DNA of 64,000 bases from Hemiscyllium ocellatum (lineage: Eukaryota), in contig NC_083420.1 in the NCBI RefSeq assembly GCF_020745735.1, positions 17,856,001 through 17,920,000 on the forward strand. Direction: 5' to 3'. A program made the translations under genes and the position numbers. The notes under the pieces were generated by a model. That model saw only the letters and a list, made by a program, of their open reading frames with translations. It ran no database searches and was not told the DNA's origin. Shown here one piece after another: positions 13,163 to 25,098 of this stretch. The number at the start of each line of letters is the position of its first letter. Position 1 is the first letter of the stretch.

Positions 13163-13675
13163 ACCCACCCAGACCATTTCCCTCTGAATGATGCACCTAA
13201 CACTATGGGCAATTTAGCATGGCCAATTCACCTGACCTGCACATCTTTGTACTGGAGGAAACTGGACGGATTTAGGAAACTGGACTGGACAGGAGGAAAC
13301 TGGAGCACCCGCAAGAAACCCACGAGCAGGGGATTCACATTAATATTCTTTTGCGCTGGGTGTGACGTAGGGTCACGAGATCTGATTGGTACCATTTTGA
13401 AACCACACTACAATCCTCCTGGCACCTGCCTTCCAGTTCATCACCATCCTCTCCCAGAAAACCCCAAAATGCTGCTAACTCTCCTGCTGGAGAACCAGGC
13501 TGCTCACCATCTCCCCAGTTACGGTCACCTCCACAATCTCACACCCTCGGCAAAAGGGAAAGTGAAGTGGCGAGCATGAACGTGCAAACTCCACACAGAC
13601 AGTCGCCTGAATCAAAATCTGGCTCCCTGGCGCTGTGAGGCAACAATACTAACCACTGAGGCACCGTGCCACCCG
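13163..13675 (-). mobile_element. HE1 SINE lacking its own tail and carrying a 247-bp foreign insert
   Basis: Reverse HE1 motifs on both sides of 13331-13577. Confidence 0.85.
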
Positions 13676-14574
13676 AGCCTAATGTCTGTCAGAGGCAAAG
13701 TTCCAGAATCTATCATTAAGGAGATTATAGCAGGACACTTAGAAAATCAAACATGATTTTTGTTTAGAAAGGGAAGTTATATTTGACTGTGTTTAAGAAC
13801 TCTATTCAGGGACATTGTTTAAAAATGAGGTTTCCCAGTAAAAATGAAGGTGACAAGTAATTATTTCTTTAACCATTGAAAGTATTGGGAACTTTCTGCT
13901 TTAGAAATTGGCAAAAGCAGGGTCATTGAATATTTTGAAGACAGAAGTAAATAGATTCTTGACTAACAATGGAGCCAGTGCTAATCAGGGCTAGATGGGA
14001 AGAGGGATTATATCCACAATTAGACCATCCATGATCCTAATGGTAAAACAGGACAGATGGGCTGATTTGCTTGCAACTGCTCCTAACTTGAATGTTCATA
14101 ACAAAATATTTCACCTAGTGGGTTTAAATACTATGCATTTCTGAATTATTCTGTTTGCAAATGAAATAACTTTTAAAATGATATAAATTTAAGAATATAA
14201 TTGAAATGTCATGTATATTTCTACTCAGCTCTCTCTTGCTGTCTCTCCTCTACCTCACCTTTCTCCATCACTGATCAGTCTTGTTGCTGACTCTCCCATT
14301 CACTCACTGTCTTGTTTGCCAAGTCTATGCTCGCCACTTCACTTTCCCTTTTGCTGAGGGTGTGAGATTGAGAGTGTGAACTGTAACTGGGGAGATGGTG
14401 AGCAGCCTAGTTCTCCAGCAGGGGAGTTAGCAGCATTTTGGGGTTTTCTGGGAGAGGATGGTGATGAACTGGAAGGCGAGTGCTAGGAGGATTGCAGTGT
14501 GGCTTCAAAATGGTGCGAATCAGATCTCATGAACCTACGTCACATCCAGCGCAAAAGAATATTAATGTGAATCC
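13331..14574. repeat. Inverted repeat pair 13331-13577 / 14327-14574
   Basis: Reverse-complement match over about 247 bp, roughly 93% identity by eye. Confidence 0.95.
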
Positions 14575-14639
14575 TCGAACCTAAACATGACTACATTGAA
14601 ATTACAGCATTCAATCAAAGCAACTTAAAATGAGGCACC

Positions 14640-14815
14640 CTAACACTTATTTAAGAAATATTTAGATGTACACTTGTGATGCCAAGGGACAGAAGGCTTT
14701 GTGCCAAGTGCTGGAAAGTGTGATTAGAATAAGTAGCTGTTTCTGACCGATGCAGACTTGATGGGCTGAACGGCTCTTTTTCATGCTGTAGACCTCAATG
14801 ACTGTATGACTCTAA
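14640..14815 (+). mobile_element. CR1 3' end fragment
   Basis: ATTTAAGAAATATTTAGATG...GCAGACTTGATGGGCTGAACGGC with a short repeat tail. Confidence 0.65.
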
Positions 14816-15362
14816 CTCAAGGGTTTTGTCAAGTCTGACTGAGTCTAACATAACTGCACTGGCAGCTGACATACAAAATAACTTGTTGGCATTCTGTATC
14901 CTTGTTCGAACATTATTTAAACAATCATGATGTCTCTTTAATGTATGACAGAAGCTGAAAGAAAGTAAATTGATGTATTGGATTTGCTTGAAGTTGTCTT
15001 TGCCTGAAAGCCACTGCCTAACAAAAAAATGTTAATGAATTTCTGCTTTTACTCAGTGCCAAAACGAAATCTCTGTGAATAGTAACAGTTCACATGCACT
15101 GCTGGCAAGACTTTACAGAAAGAGGAAACCTGTTCTTCACTTTGACAAAGCACATCCAAACCTTATTGGGTAACTTTGTATGGAATGTTTCCATTAAGTA
15201 TTTAGATAGTTTGTTCACTGAATGATTTATAGAATTTTTTAACAGGTTGAGATGAATTTTTAAAAAGATATTTAATAGTTACAGATCAGTCGACTTCTGA
15301 TGGTTCCTCATTAGGAGACCATGGAATAGCAGTCACTGGGCTCGTAAGTTAGACTCTTCTAG

Positions 15363-15948
15363 GAGAAAGTGAGGAGATGCTGGAGATCAGAGCTGAAAAT
15401 GTGTCGCTAGAAAAGCGCAGCAGGTCAGGCAGCATCCAAGGAGCAGGAAAATCGGCGTCTTGGGCATGAGCCCTTCTTCAGGAATGAGGAGAGTGTGCCA
15501 AGCAGGCTAAGATAAAAGGTAGGGAGGAGGGATTTGGGGGAGGGGCGTTGGAAATGCGATAGGTGGAAGGAGGTTAAGGTGAGGGTGGTAGGCCGGAGTG
15601 GGGGTGGGGGCGGAGAGGTCAGGAAGAAGATTGCAGGTTAGGAAGGTGGTGCTGAGTTTGACTGGAAAAGCGCAGCAGGTCAGAACTCAGCACCACCTTC
15701 CTAACCTGCAATCTTCTTCAACCTCTCCGCCCCCACCCCCACTCCACGTATCACCCTCACCTTAACCTCCTTCCACCTATCGCATTTCCAACGCCCCTGC
15801 CCAAGTCCCTCCTCCCTACCTTTTATCTTAGCCTGCTTGGCACACTCTCCTGATTCCTGAAGAAGGGCTCATGCCTGAAACATCGATTCTCCTTCTCCTT
15901 GGATGCTGCCTGACCTGCTGCGCTTTTCCAGCAGCACATTTTCAGCTC
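15363..15948. mobile_element. PLE long inverted-repeat hairpin (arms about 265 bp)
   Basis: Arms 15390-15658 and 15684-15948; hammerhead-like CTGAAGAAGGGCTCATGCCTGAAAC near 15857; degenerate flanking duplication TAAGTTAGA. Confidence 0.9.
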
Positions 15949-16049
15949 ATAAGTTAGATTACCTAGTTAATGCTGTAGGACTACAAGTTCAAATCCCATC
16001 ATGACAACATTTCAAATCAATTAGTGAATAGATCTAGAATTGAAAGCTA

Positions 16050-16375
16050 TCTTGCATGAAGTTCTGGTCTGCCTGCTGTGGGAAGGATGTTGTGAAATTT
16101 GCAAGGGTTCAGAAAAGGTTGCCAGGGTTGGAGGGTTTGAGCTATAGGGAGAGGCTGAATAGGCTGGGGCTGTTTTCCCTGGGGTGCCAGAGGCTGAGGG
16201 GTGACCTTATGGAGGTTTATAAAACCATGACGGGCATGGATAGAGTGAATAGATAAGGTCTTTTCTCTGGCGTGAGGGAGCCCAAAACTAGAGGGCATCA
16301 GTTTAAGGTGAGAAGGGAAAGATTGAAAAGGGACCTAAGGGGCAGCTTTTTCAGGCAGAGTGTGGCACGTATATG
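16050..16375 (+). mobile_element. CR1 ORF2 C-terminal fragment
   Basis: LPGLEGLSYRERLNRLGLFSL..RLRGDLMEVYK. Confidence 0.9.
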
Positions 16376-16689
16376 ATTAGGTGAGATTCCCTACAGTGTG
16401 GAAACAGGTCCTTCAGCCCAACAAGTCCACACCGACCCTATGAAGAGCAACCCACCCAGACCCATTCTCCTACATTTACCCCTGACTAATCCATGTAACA
16501 CTGCGGGCAGTTTAGAATGGCCAAGTCACCTGACCTGCACATCTTTGGACTGTGGGAGGAAACCAGAGCACCTGGAGGAAACCCACGCAGACACGGGTAG
16601 AATGTGCACACAGACAGTTGCCCGAGATGGGAATTGAACCCGGGTCCCTGGCGCTGTGAGGTAGCAGAGCTAACCACTGGGCCACCGTG
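16376..16689 (-). mobile_element. HE1 SINE
   Basis: Full reverse HE1 including B-box GGGTTCAATTCC. Confidence 0.9.
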
Positions 16690-17114
16690 GAATTGTAATT
16701 GTGAAGATAGCATCAATTGTTGTGGTATCCCATTTGGTTCACAAATGCCCTTTAGGAAACAAAATCTGCTGTTTCTTACCTGATCTAATGCGCATGACCT
16801 CAGAGCCACAGCAATGTGGTTGACTTTCAATGCCTTAGAAATGGTTTCGCAATTTACTCAGTTCAAGAGCAAATAGGGATGGGTAGCACATGCTGGCCTT
16901 ACTACTGATGTCCATGTCCCAAGAAAGAATAAGGATAAGAAAAGTTAATTTATGCACCTGAAATTGAAGCCCTGGTTCCTTCAGTACAATTGATATGATT
17001 CCTCTTCAGTTTTGTGAAGAGCCTTGTCATTAGCCATACAGAATAAAAACTATGGGCCAGATCTAGCAGACAAAATAATGAATTTAATGCCATTTGTTAT
17101 CATTTCTGTCAGAC

Positions 17115-17247
17115 AGATTTTTAATCAGTCGGGGAATCCAGGGTTATGGGAAGAAGACTGAAAGGCAGAGTTGAGAATGATCAGATCAGCCATGATCATT
17201 GAATGGCAAAGCAGAATTGATGGGCTGAAAGGCCTACTGCACCTAAT
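17115..17247 (+). mobile_element. CR1 3' end fragment
   Basis: AGATCAGCCATGATCATTGAATGGC..GATGGGCTGAAAGGCCTACT. Confidence 0.65.
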
Positions 17248-17854
17248 GGACTTTCTCAATCCTTCAGCAATTTGTGACAAATAATACAGTAATCGGGCAA
17301 GATTTTAACTCATTGAAAACTCACTTTCTGAGTTATGGTTAGGTCTACATTGTGGGTTGGGAATTGATACAAGTTGGTACCTGATTTTCACTGCCCTTCT
17401 GTTAGCTTCAGAAAAACCATAGTGCAGATGAAAGCTCTTTGTGAGAGAATTTGTGTATTCATTGTCATCTGAAGTCACCCGCAGAGAGGGCTTGTATTCA
17501 GTTGCATAAGGACATTTTTTAATTATATAATTTTATGTTCCTACAATGGCATTGAACTTCTCTAGTTTAACCTCTCTAATTCAGAAAGGGAATATTTAAG
17601 GCTGCCTCCTTGTTGCTGCATGGAAATTGTTCTCAAGAGATTTTCAAGATTTAAAATGTTCTTCAGTTTGTTACTTTTCCTTTCTCTTTCTCTTTCTCTT
17701 CCTCATCATCTGTACCCTCTTTTCTCTTGAACACACTTTTTGTCATAAATGTGACTGTAATTCTACCTCTTCCCTTCTATGTGCTGTTTCTTTCTCAGTG
17801 CTTGAGTCTGACTAGTTAAGGAAGTAGGCTGTTTGTTCCTTCATTCCATTTGGA

Positions 17855-18920
17855 TAGCAGGACTGGTTCGTAGGTAGAAGACAGAATGTCGTGGTGAAGG
17901 GTTGCTATCCAGACTGGAGGTCTGTGACCAGTGGTGTGTCACAAGGATTGATGCTGGGTCCACTACTTTTTGTCATTTATATAAATGATATGGACATGAA
18001 TATAGGACGTGTGGTTATTAAGCAGACAACACCAAAATTAGAGGTGTAGCGGACAGCAAAGAAGATTACCTCAGATTATAACAGGATCTTGATCAGATCG
18101 GCCAATTTGCTGAGGAGTGGCAGATGGAGTTTAATTTAGATAAATGCGAGGTGCTGCATTTTGGGAAAGCAAATCTCAGCAGGACTTATACACTGAATGG
18201 TAGGTCCTGGGAATGTTGCTGAACAAAGAGACCTTGGAGTGCAAGTTCATAATTCCTTGAAATTAGGGTCACAGGTAGATAAGATAATGAAGAAGGCGTT
18301 TGGTATGCTTTCCTTTAATGGTCAGTGCATTGAGGATAGGAGTTGGGAGGTCATGTTGCAGCTGTACAGGACATTGGTTCAACCACTTTTAGAATACTGT
18401 GTGAAATCATGGTTTTCCTGCTATGGGAAGGATGTTGTGAAACTTGAAAGGGATCAGAAAATGTTTTAAAAGTTTGCCATCATTGAAGGATTTGTGCTAT
18501 AGGGAGAGGTTGAATAGGCTGGGTCTGTTTTCCCTGGAGTGACGGAGGCTGAGGGATGAGCTTATGGAGGTATATAAGATCATGAGGGACATGGATAGGA
18601 TGAGTAGACCAAAGTCTTTTCTCTAGGGTGGAGAGTCCAAAATTAGATGGCATAGGGTTTAGGGGGAGAGATTTAAAAGGGACCTAAGGTATAACTTTTT
18701 CACACAGAGGATGGTGTGTGTATGGAATGAGTTGCCAGAGGAAGTGGTGAAGGCTGGGGCAAGTATAACATTTAAAAGGCATCTGGATGGGTATATGAGG
18801 GTTTAGAGGGATATGGGCTAAGCGCTGGCAAACGGGACTAGGTTGAGTTGGGATACCTGATTGGTGTGGACGAGTTGGTTCGAAGGGTCTGTTCCCATGG
18901 TGTACATCTCTATGCTTCTA
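17855..18920 (+). mobile_element. CR1 LINE, 5'-truncated (RT end, C-terminus, tail)
   Basis: EQRDLGVQVHNSLK..KKAFGML..YRTLVQPLLEYCV; tail CGAAGGGTCTGTTCCCATGGTGTACATCTCTATG. Confidence 0.9.
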
Positions 18921-19064
18921 TTCACCAAGGTCTGAGGTGCTCCATCGCCAGCTTTCCTGCCCAGCTGAAGGCTGAAGACGAAATCTAACCAGGGGAGCAG
19001 CAACACCCGCATTTATAATTTATAGCAGATATTTGACAATGATTCTCGAAATAATAGAGAGTTC

Positions 19065-19430
19065 TGACAACTGCCCAATCCATCACGCAAGCCAACCTTC
19101 CATCCATTGACTCCAATCATTTCCCGTTTCCTCAAGAAGGCAGCCAACATCATGAAGGACCCCTCCCACCGCAGTTATAATCTCTTCCAACCTCTTCTGC
19201 AGACTGACGATACAAAAGTTTAAACACACATACCAAAAGATTCAAGAACAACTTCTTCTCCTGAATGGACCTCTCAAATTTTAAATTTACTGTGTATCTT
19301 GCTCTTTGTGTACCTTCTGTGCAGGCATAACCTTGTATTCCTTGCTCTGTGCTATTACCCTAATGCACTTTGTACGGTGTGATCTGCCTGTACTGCACAC
19401 GAAACAGAATTTCACTCTTGTATCTACAAT
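19065..19430 (+). mobile_element. Rex1/Babar-like LINE 3' fragment
   Basis: Translates across frameshifts to AQSITQANLPSIDS..KAANIMKDPSH..YNLFQPL..YKSLNTHTKRFKNNFF, a Rex1-type C-terminus. Confidence 0.7.
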
Positions 19431-19909
19431 GCTGGGTAGTTTAGAAATAGCATGTCAACAATTGTACCAGCTAGAGATGGGGCTTATTAATAACAAATGA
19501 GGTATTGAACTGATCTGTTAGGTTGAAAGATAAGCAGATTGCAATAAGTAGATTGCAGGGGAAGTGTGGGGAGGATGGATGTTAATCAGCTTCTTAAATG
19601 TGCATTCTGTGTTAAGAAACAGCAAGTTGAAAGTTTAGATTGCTTATCAAAATTAAGAGGTACCAAGTGTAGGCATTCTCCTAACATGGAGGTTAGTGGA
19701 TCCCTGGGAATGACCACATCATGTCCTATGGGATGCAGTCATGTTCTAAGACAAGGTGATGGAAACTCTGAGCAGGTTGTAGTTGCCTGAATCTTTAATT
19801 AAATCACTGAGTGGAAATCTAAGAGTTTTATTTTGTGCTTTCCTTTACATACCGATCTTCTTCCCCCTTTCTTCCAGTTCAATTATTTTCCCCCTTTTTT
19901 AAAGCCATG

Positions 19910-20150
19910 AATGGGTTTGATTGAGTGATTAAAGAAACCCTATTTCCAGGGGTAGAAAGGTCGGTAGCCAAGGGTCACAGGTTTAAGGGTAAGAATCAGA
20001 GAGAAGGTGAAGAGTTTTTTTTAATGCAACTACTTCCTATACTCAAGAATACACTGTCTAATAGGATGCTGGAAATAAATTCAGTCAGAGCTTTCATCAG
20101 TGAATTGGGTAGTACCTGTAGGATTAAAAACAAATGTCAGGATATAGGGA
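19910..20150 (+). mobile_element. Degenerate CR1 3' fragment
   Basis: ETLFPGVERSVAKGHRFK. Confidence 0.6.
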
Positions 20151-20237
20151 AAGAGGAGGAAATGAGATGCTGTCCCTTCAGCTTTCTCAACAAAACCTAG
20201 ACTGGGTACGGACCTTATGGAATACCACAGCTTGGAA

Positions 20238-21025
20238 CGTAAGAATGACCTGTCTTTTCAGTCGCTTGCCATTTCAATGCATTGTCTTGCTGTCATGTTA
20301 ACATCCCTGTCCTAACCTGCTGCAGTGTTCCAGCAAAGGCCAGCATAAGCTGTAGAAACAGCACCTCAGCTTTTGCTTCGGCACTTTTCAGTCCTCAGGA
20401 CTTGAAATTGAGTTGGACTCCTTCAGACCATGAACACCATCCTCCATTTTGATTATAAACCCTTCCCCACCATCCCCACAATCAGATCTTGTTTCACAAT
20501 TAAACCAGTGCTATTTGCTTGTGTTAGGTCCATATCCCTCCATACCAACCCATCCATGTACCTGTCTAAATGTTTCTTAAATGACAAAATTGTACTCACT
20601 TCCAGCAGTACCTCTGTCAGCTGAGTTGTCCTATTATCTGTTATTCACAGCTATCATTAACTATGCTCTTCATCTGTATCTCTCCCCTCTTACCATTCGC
20701 ATTTGAGAAGATCTTTTCCTTTTGCACTGGACACTTTCACCATCTGTTACATTTGCTGCACCTAGTCCTTTTTTAACAGTATAAAAAATGTTACTGGGCT
20801 CTCATTGATGTGGTGGCAGTGTCCCTACCTCTGAGCCAGGAGGTCCAGGTTGAAATCCCATTGTCTCCATAACATCTGAACAGTTTGATAATATCTAAAA
20901 ACCATCCCGCTCCTAGCCCCCTGCAGTTCCAAAGAAGAGTCCTATTCGACTCAAAATGTTAAATCTTTTTCCCCCTCCACAGGTGCTACCAGGCTCAATG
21001 AGTATCTCCAGCATTTTCTGATCTT
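20238..21025 (+). mobile_element. Degenerate PLE: GIY-YIG endonuclease C-terminus plus terminal repeat
   Basis: 20261-20432 translates VACHFN..HVNI.VL / LLQCSS..HKL*KQHLSFCFGTFQSSGLEIELDSFR; decayed hammerhead AAGAAGAGTCCTATTCGACTCAAAATG near 20931; interrupted by a CR1 piece (20525-20625) and a SINE head (20797-20890). Confidence 0.65.
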
Positions 21026-21922
21026 ATGTATCCCCTTGCTTGCTGTCAGTACACGATAGGGTCAGGGCTTTGCTGGCCATATAGGCCAAGTAAATTTACA
21101 TAAATATGCAGTAGTTTCAAAGAAAAATCAAATTGAGTTTCTTTTAAGTTTGAAGAAGTACAGCAGATGAAGTCCAATGCTTCAGTATAGACACTGTTCA
21201 TTGCTCTCATTTAAAGCTCATTTACAACACAGGGTTCATGTCTTAAAATAATCATAGTCACATTCGAAAAATAATTCATTTCTTGTGAAGTACAACCTCA
21301 GGCCATGACAGGAGTTTTCCAAGTGCAAGTTTTTCTTTATTAACGAAGCACTTATTGCTGCTTTATTACAGCGATATACACAACTCACATGGACAAATTT
21401 CAGTAATCCTGCTCCTTGGCTAATATTTACATTGAGGATGAAGATCTGATAAGCAATTCCAAGAATCAAGTGAGAAATGAAGCCACCAGAACCCAGAAGC
21501 TGAAGGGAAATGGAGTTGATGTTTTGAAAATCTTGAAATGCATGAAGATTGCAAATATGGAAGTCTAATTCTACTACACACATACATATAGTTGCAAAAT
21601 ATTTTTTCACATAAGAAAGTGGCGTTGAGTCAGATCAGCCATAGTCAAATGGTAAACAGGCTTAAGGGATTGACTGGTTTATCAATCTGAAATATCAGCG
21701 AGGATTTTATCAAATCAGTCGAGGTCCCGACATCAGCTAGAAATGATCAGCAGGATTTCCCCATCATTTTTCTGCTTGCCAGCTAATAAAGCAGTAGGGA
21801 CTGAACCTCTGAGCAACTACACAGCTGCACAGTGTAGAGGGAACGCTGTACAAGAGTACATGTAGGAAACGTGATGAATTACTTATGTTTCCCCACCATC
21901 TGATCCCATTACGACTTGGGCT

Positions 21923-22050
21923 GAGTCATAGAGTCATAGAGATCAACAGCACAGAACAAAGCCCTTTGGCCCATCGCACTAGCGCCAGTCAAAAACAGCC
22001 ACCTACCTATTGTAATCTCATTTTCCAGCACAGGCCCATAGCCTTGTATG
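21923..22050 (-). mobile_element. CR1 3' tail fragment
   Basis: GAGTCATAGAGTCATAGAG tail repeats followed by GCCCTTTGGCCCATC. Confidence 0.7.
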
Positions 22051-22696
22051 TGTTGTACTGCCAAAGCATGTCACAGCTTGGCAGTTGTAAATGGTAAGTG
22101 CTGGTGTGAGAAATATAAGGTAGTGGATCCAACAGGAGAGTGATACAAAGATAATCCTTTACTTTCCTAAAGTTGTACAATCCTTATACTCATTGTCTGG
22201 TGGTCTGCTGTCTGAAGAAATTACTCTTCCAGGATGCTGCTCCAAGAAATATCCCAGTGACGTGTAAATAAAAAGCTTTTCGTTTTCATTTCCTTTGAAT
22301 ACATTAAAGTTCTCTGAATGTTGATGATTGAATAAGCACTGTTGACTGGATGTGGTGGTTGGAGGCAGGGAGTCATGTAAACAGTAACCCCCTCTCCAAC
22401 CTCCCTTTCCTCTCCTGTATCCTGGAGCACATCACCTCCCAAATTCCTTTCGGTTTTCCTCGAACTCCCTCCAAGCACATCCCTACCTGTGCCGTGTTAG
22501 CTAGACAGTTTGTTGGACAATGATATTTTTGGTGACTGTTGCTGTATGAGCAGTTTTCACCATTGACCACCATGCTGAATGAGGCAATGGCTCATCATGG
22601 CTGAAGTTAATTGCCATCACCCGTTTTTTAGAGTAGTGACCTACAGGACCCACTTGGTTTAATGTATCAGGCAGAATATGCTTACTGGCCAACAAA

Positions 22697-23028
22697 GGGT
22701 GGCTCATTGGTTAGCACTGCTGCCTCACAGCTCCAGAGACCTGAATTCGATTCCACCCTCGGGTGATTGTGTGAAGTTTGCACATTCTCCCTGTGTCTGC
22801 GTGGGTTTCCTCCTGGTGCTTCGGTTTCCCCCCACAATCCAAAGATGTGCAGGTTAGGTGGATTGGCCATGCTAAATTGCCCATAGTGTCCAGAGATGTG
22901 CAGGCTAAGTGGATTAGCCACGGGGAAGGCAGCATTACAAAGATAGGGTAAGGGGTGGGTCTGAGTGGGAAGCTCTTTGGAAGATTGGTGTGACTGGTTC
23001 CATACTGTAGAAATTTTATGATTCAATG
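22697..23028 (+). mobile_element. HE1 SINE
   Basis: TGGCTCATTGGTTAGCACTGCTGCCTCACAG head plus V-domain. Confidence 0.9.
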
Positions 23029-23635
23029 AAAAGAGGCTCTTGTCTTAAGATGTAGTTTATTGCATAATATTCACCGACTACAAGTGACATTGAGATAATG
23101 GTTTCTGTAGCAGTGTCTATGAGGAAGATCTGAATGACAGGTCTTCTTCCTGTAAGATGCTAATCTGTACCCTACCAGATCCAAATGAAATCATCTCAGC
23201 TTAATATCCGTCTCAGTATTAACCCTTTCAGAGACTGACACAATTATGCAACCACTGAGTCAAAGGTGAAATATCCCTCCTTTTTCAGTAGCTCTTGGCC
23301 TCCTTCATTTCTGTGTATAAACACACACCCACCCATCATTAATTCCCTGAGTAAACCTGTTGATTCTTAGTAAAACACTTTCCCAGCCAGCATTCTCAAC
23401 TCTCCAGGCTTGCAATGAAGCCATCTGTTATTTTTTCCTTAAGATCTGTATTTAATTGCAGTCCATTTGTTTCATCGTAGTAAAAATTCATCAGCAGTTT
23501 TATAGTCAACAAGACACTTTGTTTGAGATTTATTTATTTGGTTGAACCTACATTCTACTGTTTTTGTGGTGGGATTTGAACCCCGTAGCTCCAGGTTATT
23601 AGTTCTGCACCATGAACTGCTGCAACCTAAACTTC

Positions 23636-23735
23636 ACTTCAGAGAAAGAGTCATATTGCACTCAAAGCATTAGCTTTGATTTCTCTCCACAGATGCTGCT
23701 GAGTTTCTCCAGCATTTGCTGTTCTGTATTTCAGA
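23636..23735 (+). mobile_element. PLE terminal stub (decayed hammerhead)
   Basis: GAGTCATATTGCACTCAAAGC..TCTCTCCACAGATGCTGCTGAGTTTCTCCAGCA, same family as 28973. Confidence 0.55.
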
Positions 23736-24028
23736 CTAGATAGTCAAACGGGAACTGGAAATATTCTTGAAAAAGTCACAGGGTTTAGAATAGGTGGCAG
23801 TGATAGCAATGGGATGCAGTTAGAGAGATACATCTCCATAATCATGAAAAAAAGGTGATATGGAACCATTTACCAAAATGGTCCTCTATTTTCCAGCCCA
23901 TTTCTGGGGGACTGCCCAGTGTGCCATGGATTGAAATTGGGACCTTTAACTGGGAGTTAAAATACACCAAGGTCCCATTGCTCTCTTGGAACTGTGCCAC
24001 TCAGTTGAAAATGTTATTACCATACCAG

Positions 24029-24215
24029 TCATGATTTGGAGATGCCAGGGTTGGACTGGGGTGCATAAAGTTAAAAATCACACACTAGGTTATAGTCCAA
24101 CAGGTTTATTTGGAAGCACTAGCTTTCTGATGAAGGAGCAGCACTCTGAAAGCTAGTTCTTCCAAATAAATCTACTGGACTATAACCTGGTGTTGTGTGA
24201 TTTTTAATTTTGCAC
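24029..24215. mobile_element. PLE (second family) hairpin with 11-bp TSD
   Basis: Arms about 24061-24128 and 24149-24215; loop holds CTGATGAAGGAGCAGCACTCTGAAAGCTA; TACCATACCAG (24018-24028) and TACCATTCCAG (24216-24226). Confidence 0.85.
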
Positions 24216-25098
24216 TACCATTCCAGAATCACTTTGCTGTCAATCTGACCATAGTATCACCATTCTGAAGTAAAATCCAGAACTTTGTATGACTCCTTAA
24301 GTTCCTCAGATATAATTGGTTGTACCGTAGCTATTAGGAGAATTTTGAGAGTCTTGTTGCTATTCATTATCTCTGATCAAAGGATCGGAAATCCAAGAGG
24401 CAATTGCTGAGTTAGGAATAAAGGAATGAACAAACCACTTCCAGATACCACTGCAGTTCAGAATTGCCCTTATTAATCACTGGAATGAGTAATGAATAAT
24501 CGTAAAGACAGAATAACTGCACGTGTTACGCATGATTTCTTTGCGCGTAGCCTCAAAATGCTCTATTCTCAACGACTCGTCCAGTCTCCTCTCTTAAGTT
24601 TGGAGTAATATTCTGGGAAGCAATGTAATGACAGAGCCCTTCCTCTTTATCAGTAACCTCTGATATTTTTCAAAAGCTCTTCAATGAATAAGTAAGTTAT
24701 TGAATTGTAGGATGCACAGTTGTGAATAAATTGTGGCAACATGTTAAAGTCAGAAGTGTCTTCCCACTCTGTTAGACGGAAAAACTGATTTTATAAGTGC
24801 CTCTGCTCTTGCACAAAGGCCTTAACTCAATTCCAGACTTACCCACATTTACCAACAAGTTATTACACCAACAGGGCCTATTTTCTAATTGGATTGCAGA
24901 GATGTTTGAATGAAGAAGGAGGCCATTTGGTCCATTGAGCTGTGCTGGCTGTTTTTTCATTGGTCGCATTGCCCCACTCTTTCCAAATCACTCCACAAAT
25001 GTTTTCAAGTCGTTCTCCAATTCTCTTTTCAAAGTCATCATTGAATTTCTCCCATCACTTTTTCAGCCAACGTAGCCTAGATCACAAAAACTTAAAAG

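Larger units (their letters stand above)
12190..14100 (+). mobile_element. Old CR1 (HER1-like) LINE, fragmented by nested insertions
   Basis: VAEIVDASVLIFLDSGKV..WKIVKVTPLFKKGG before 13005; resumes at 13676 (ESIIKEIIAGHLEN); 3' UTR remnant to about 14100. Confidence 0.8.
15322..16945 (+). mobile_element. SINE family B split by a PLE hairpin, a CR1 fragment and HE1
   Basis: Colinear pieces 15322-15362, 15949-16049 (GTTCAAATCCC) and 16690-16945 (CCCATTTGGTTCACAAATGCCC...CCCAAGAAAGAATAA). Confidence 0.65.

Noticed and set aside
21236-21610. 124-aa minus-strand ORF
   Set aside because: No homology recognised; composition typical of non-coding DNA
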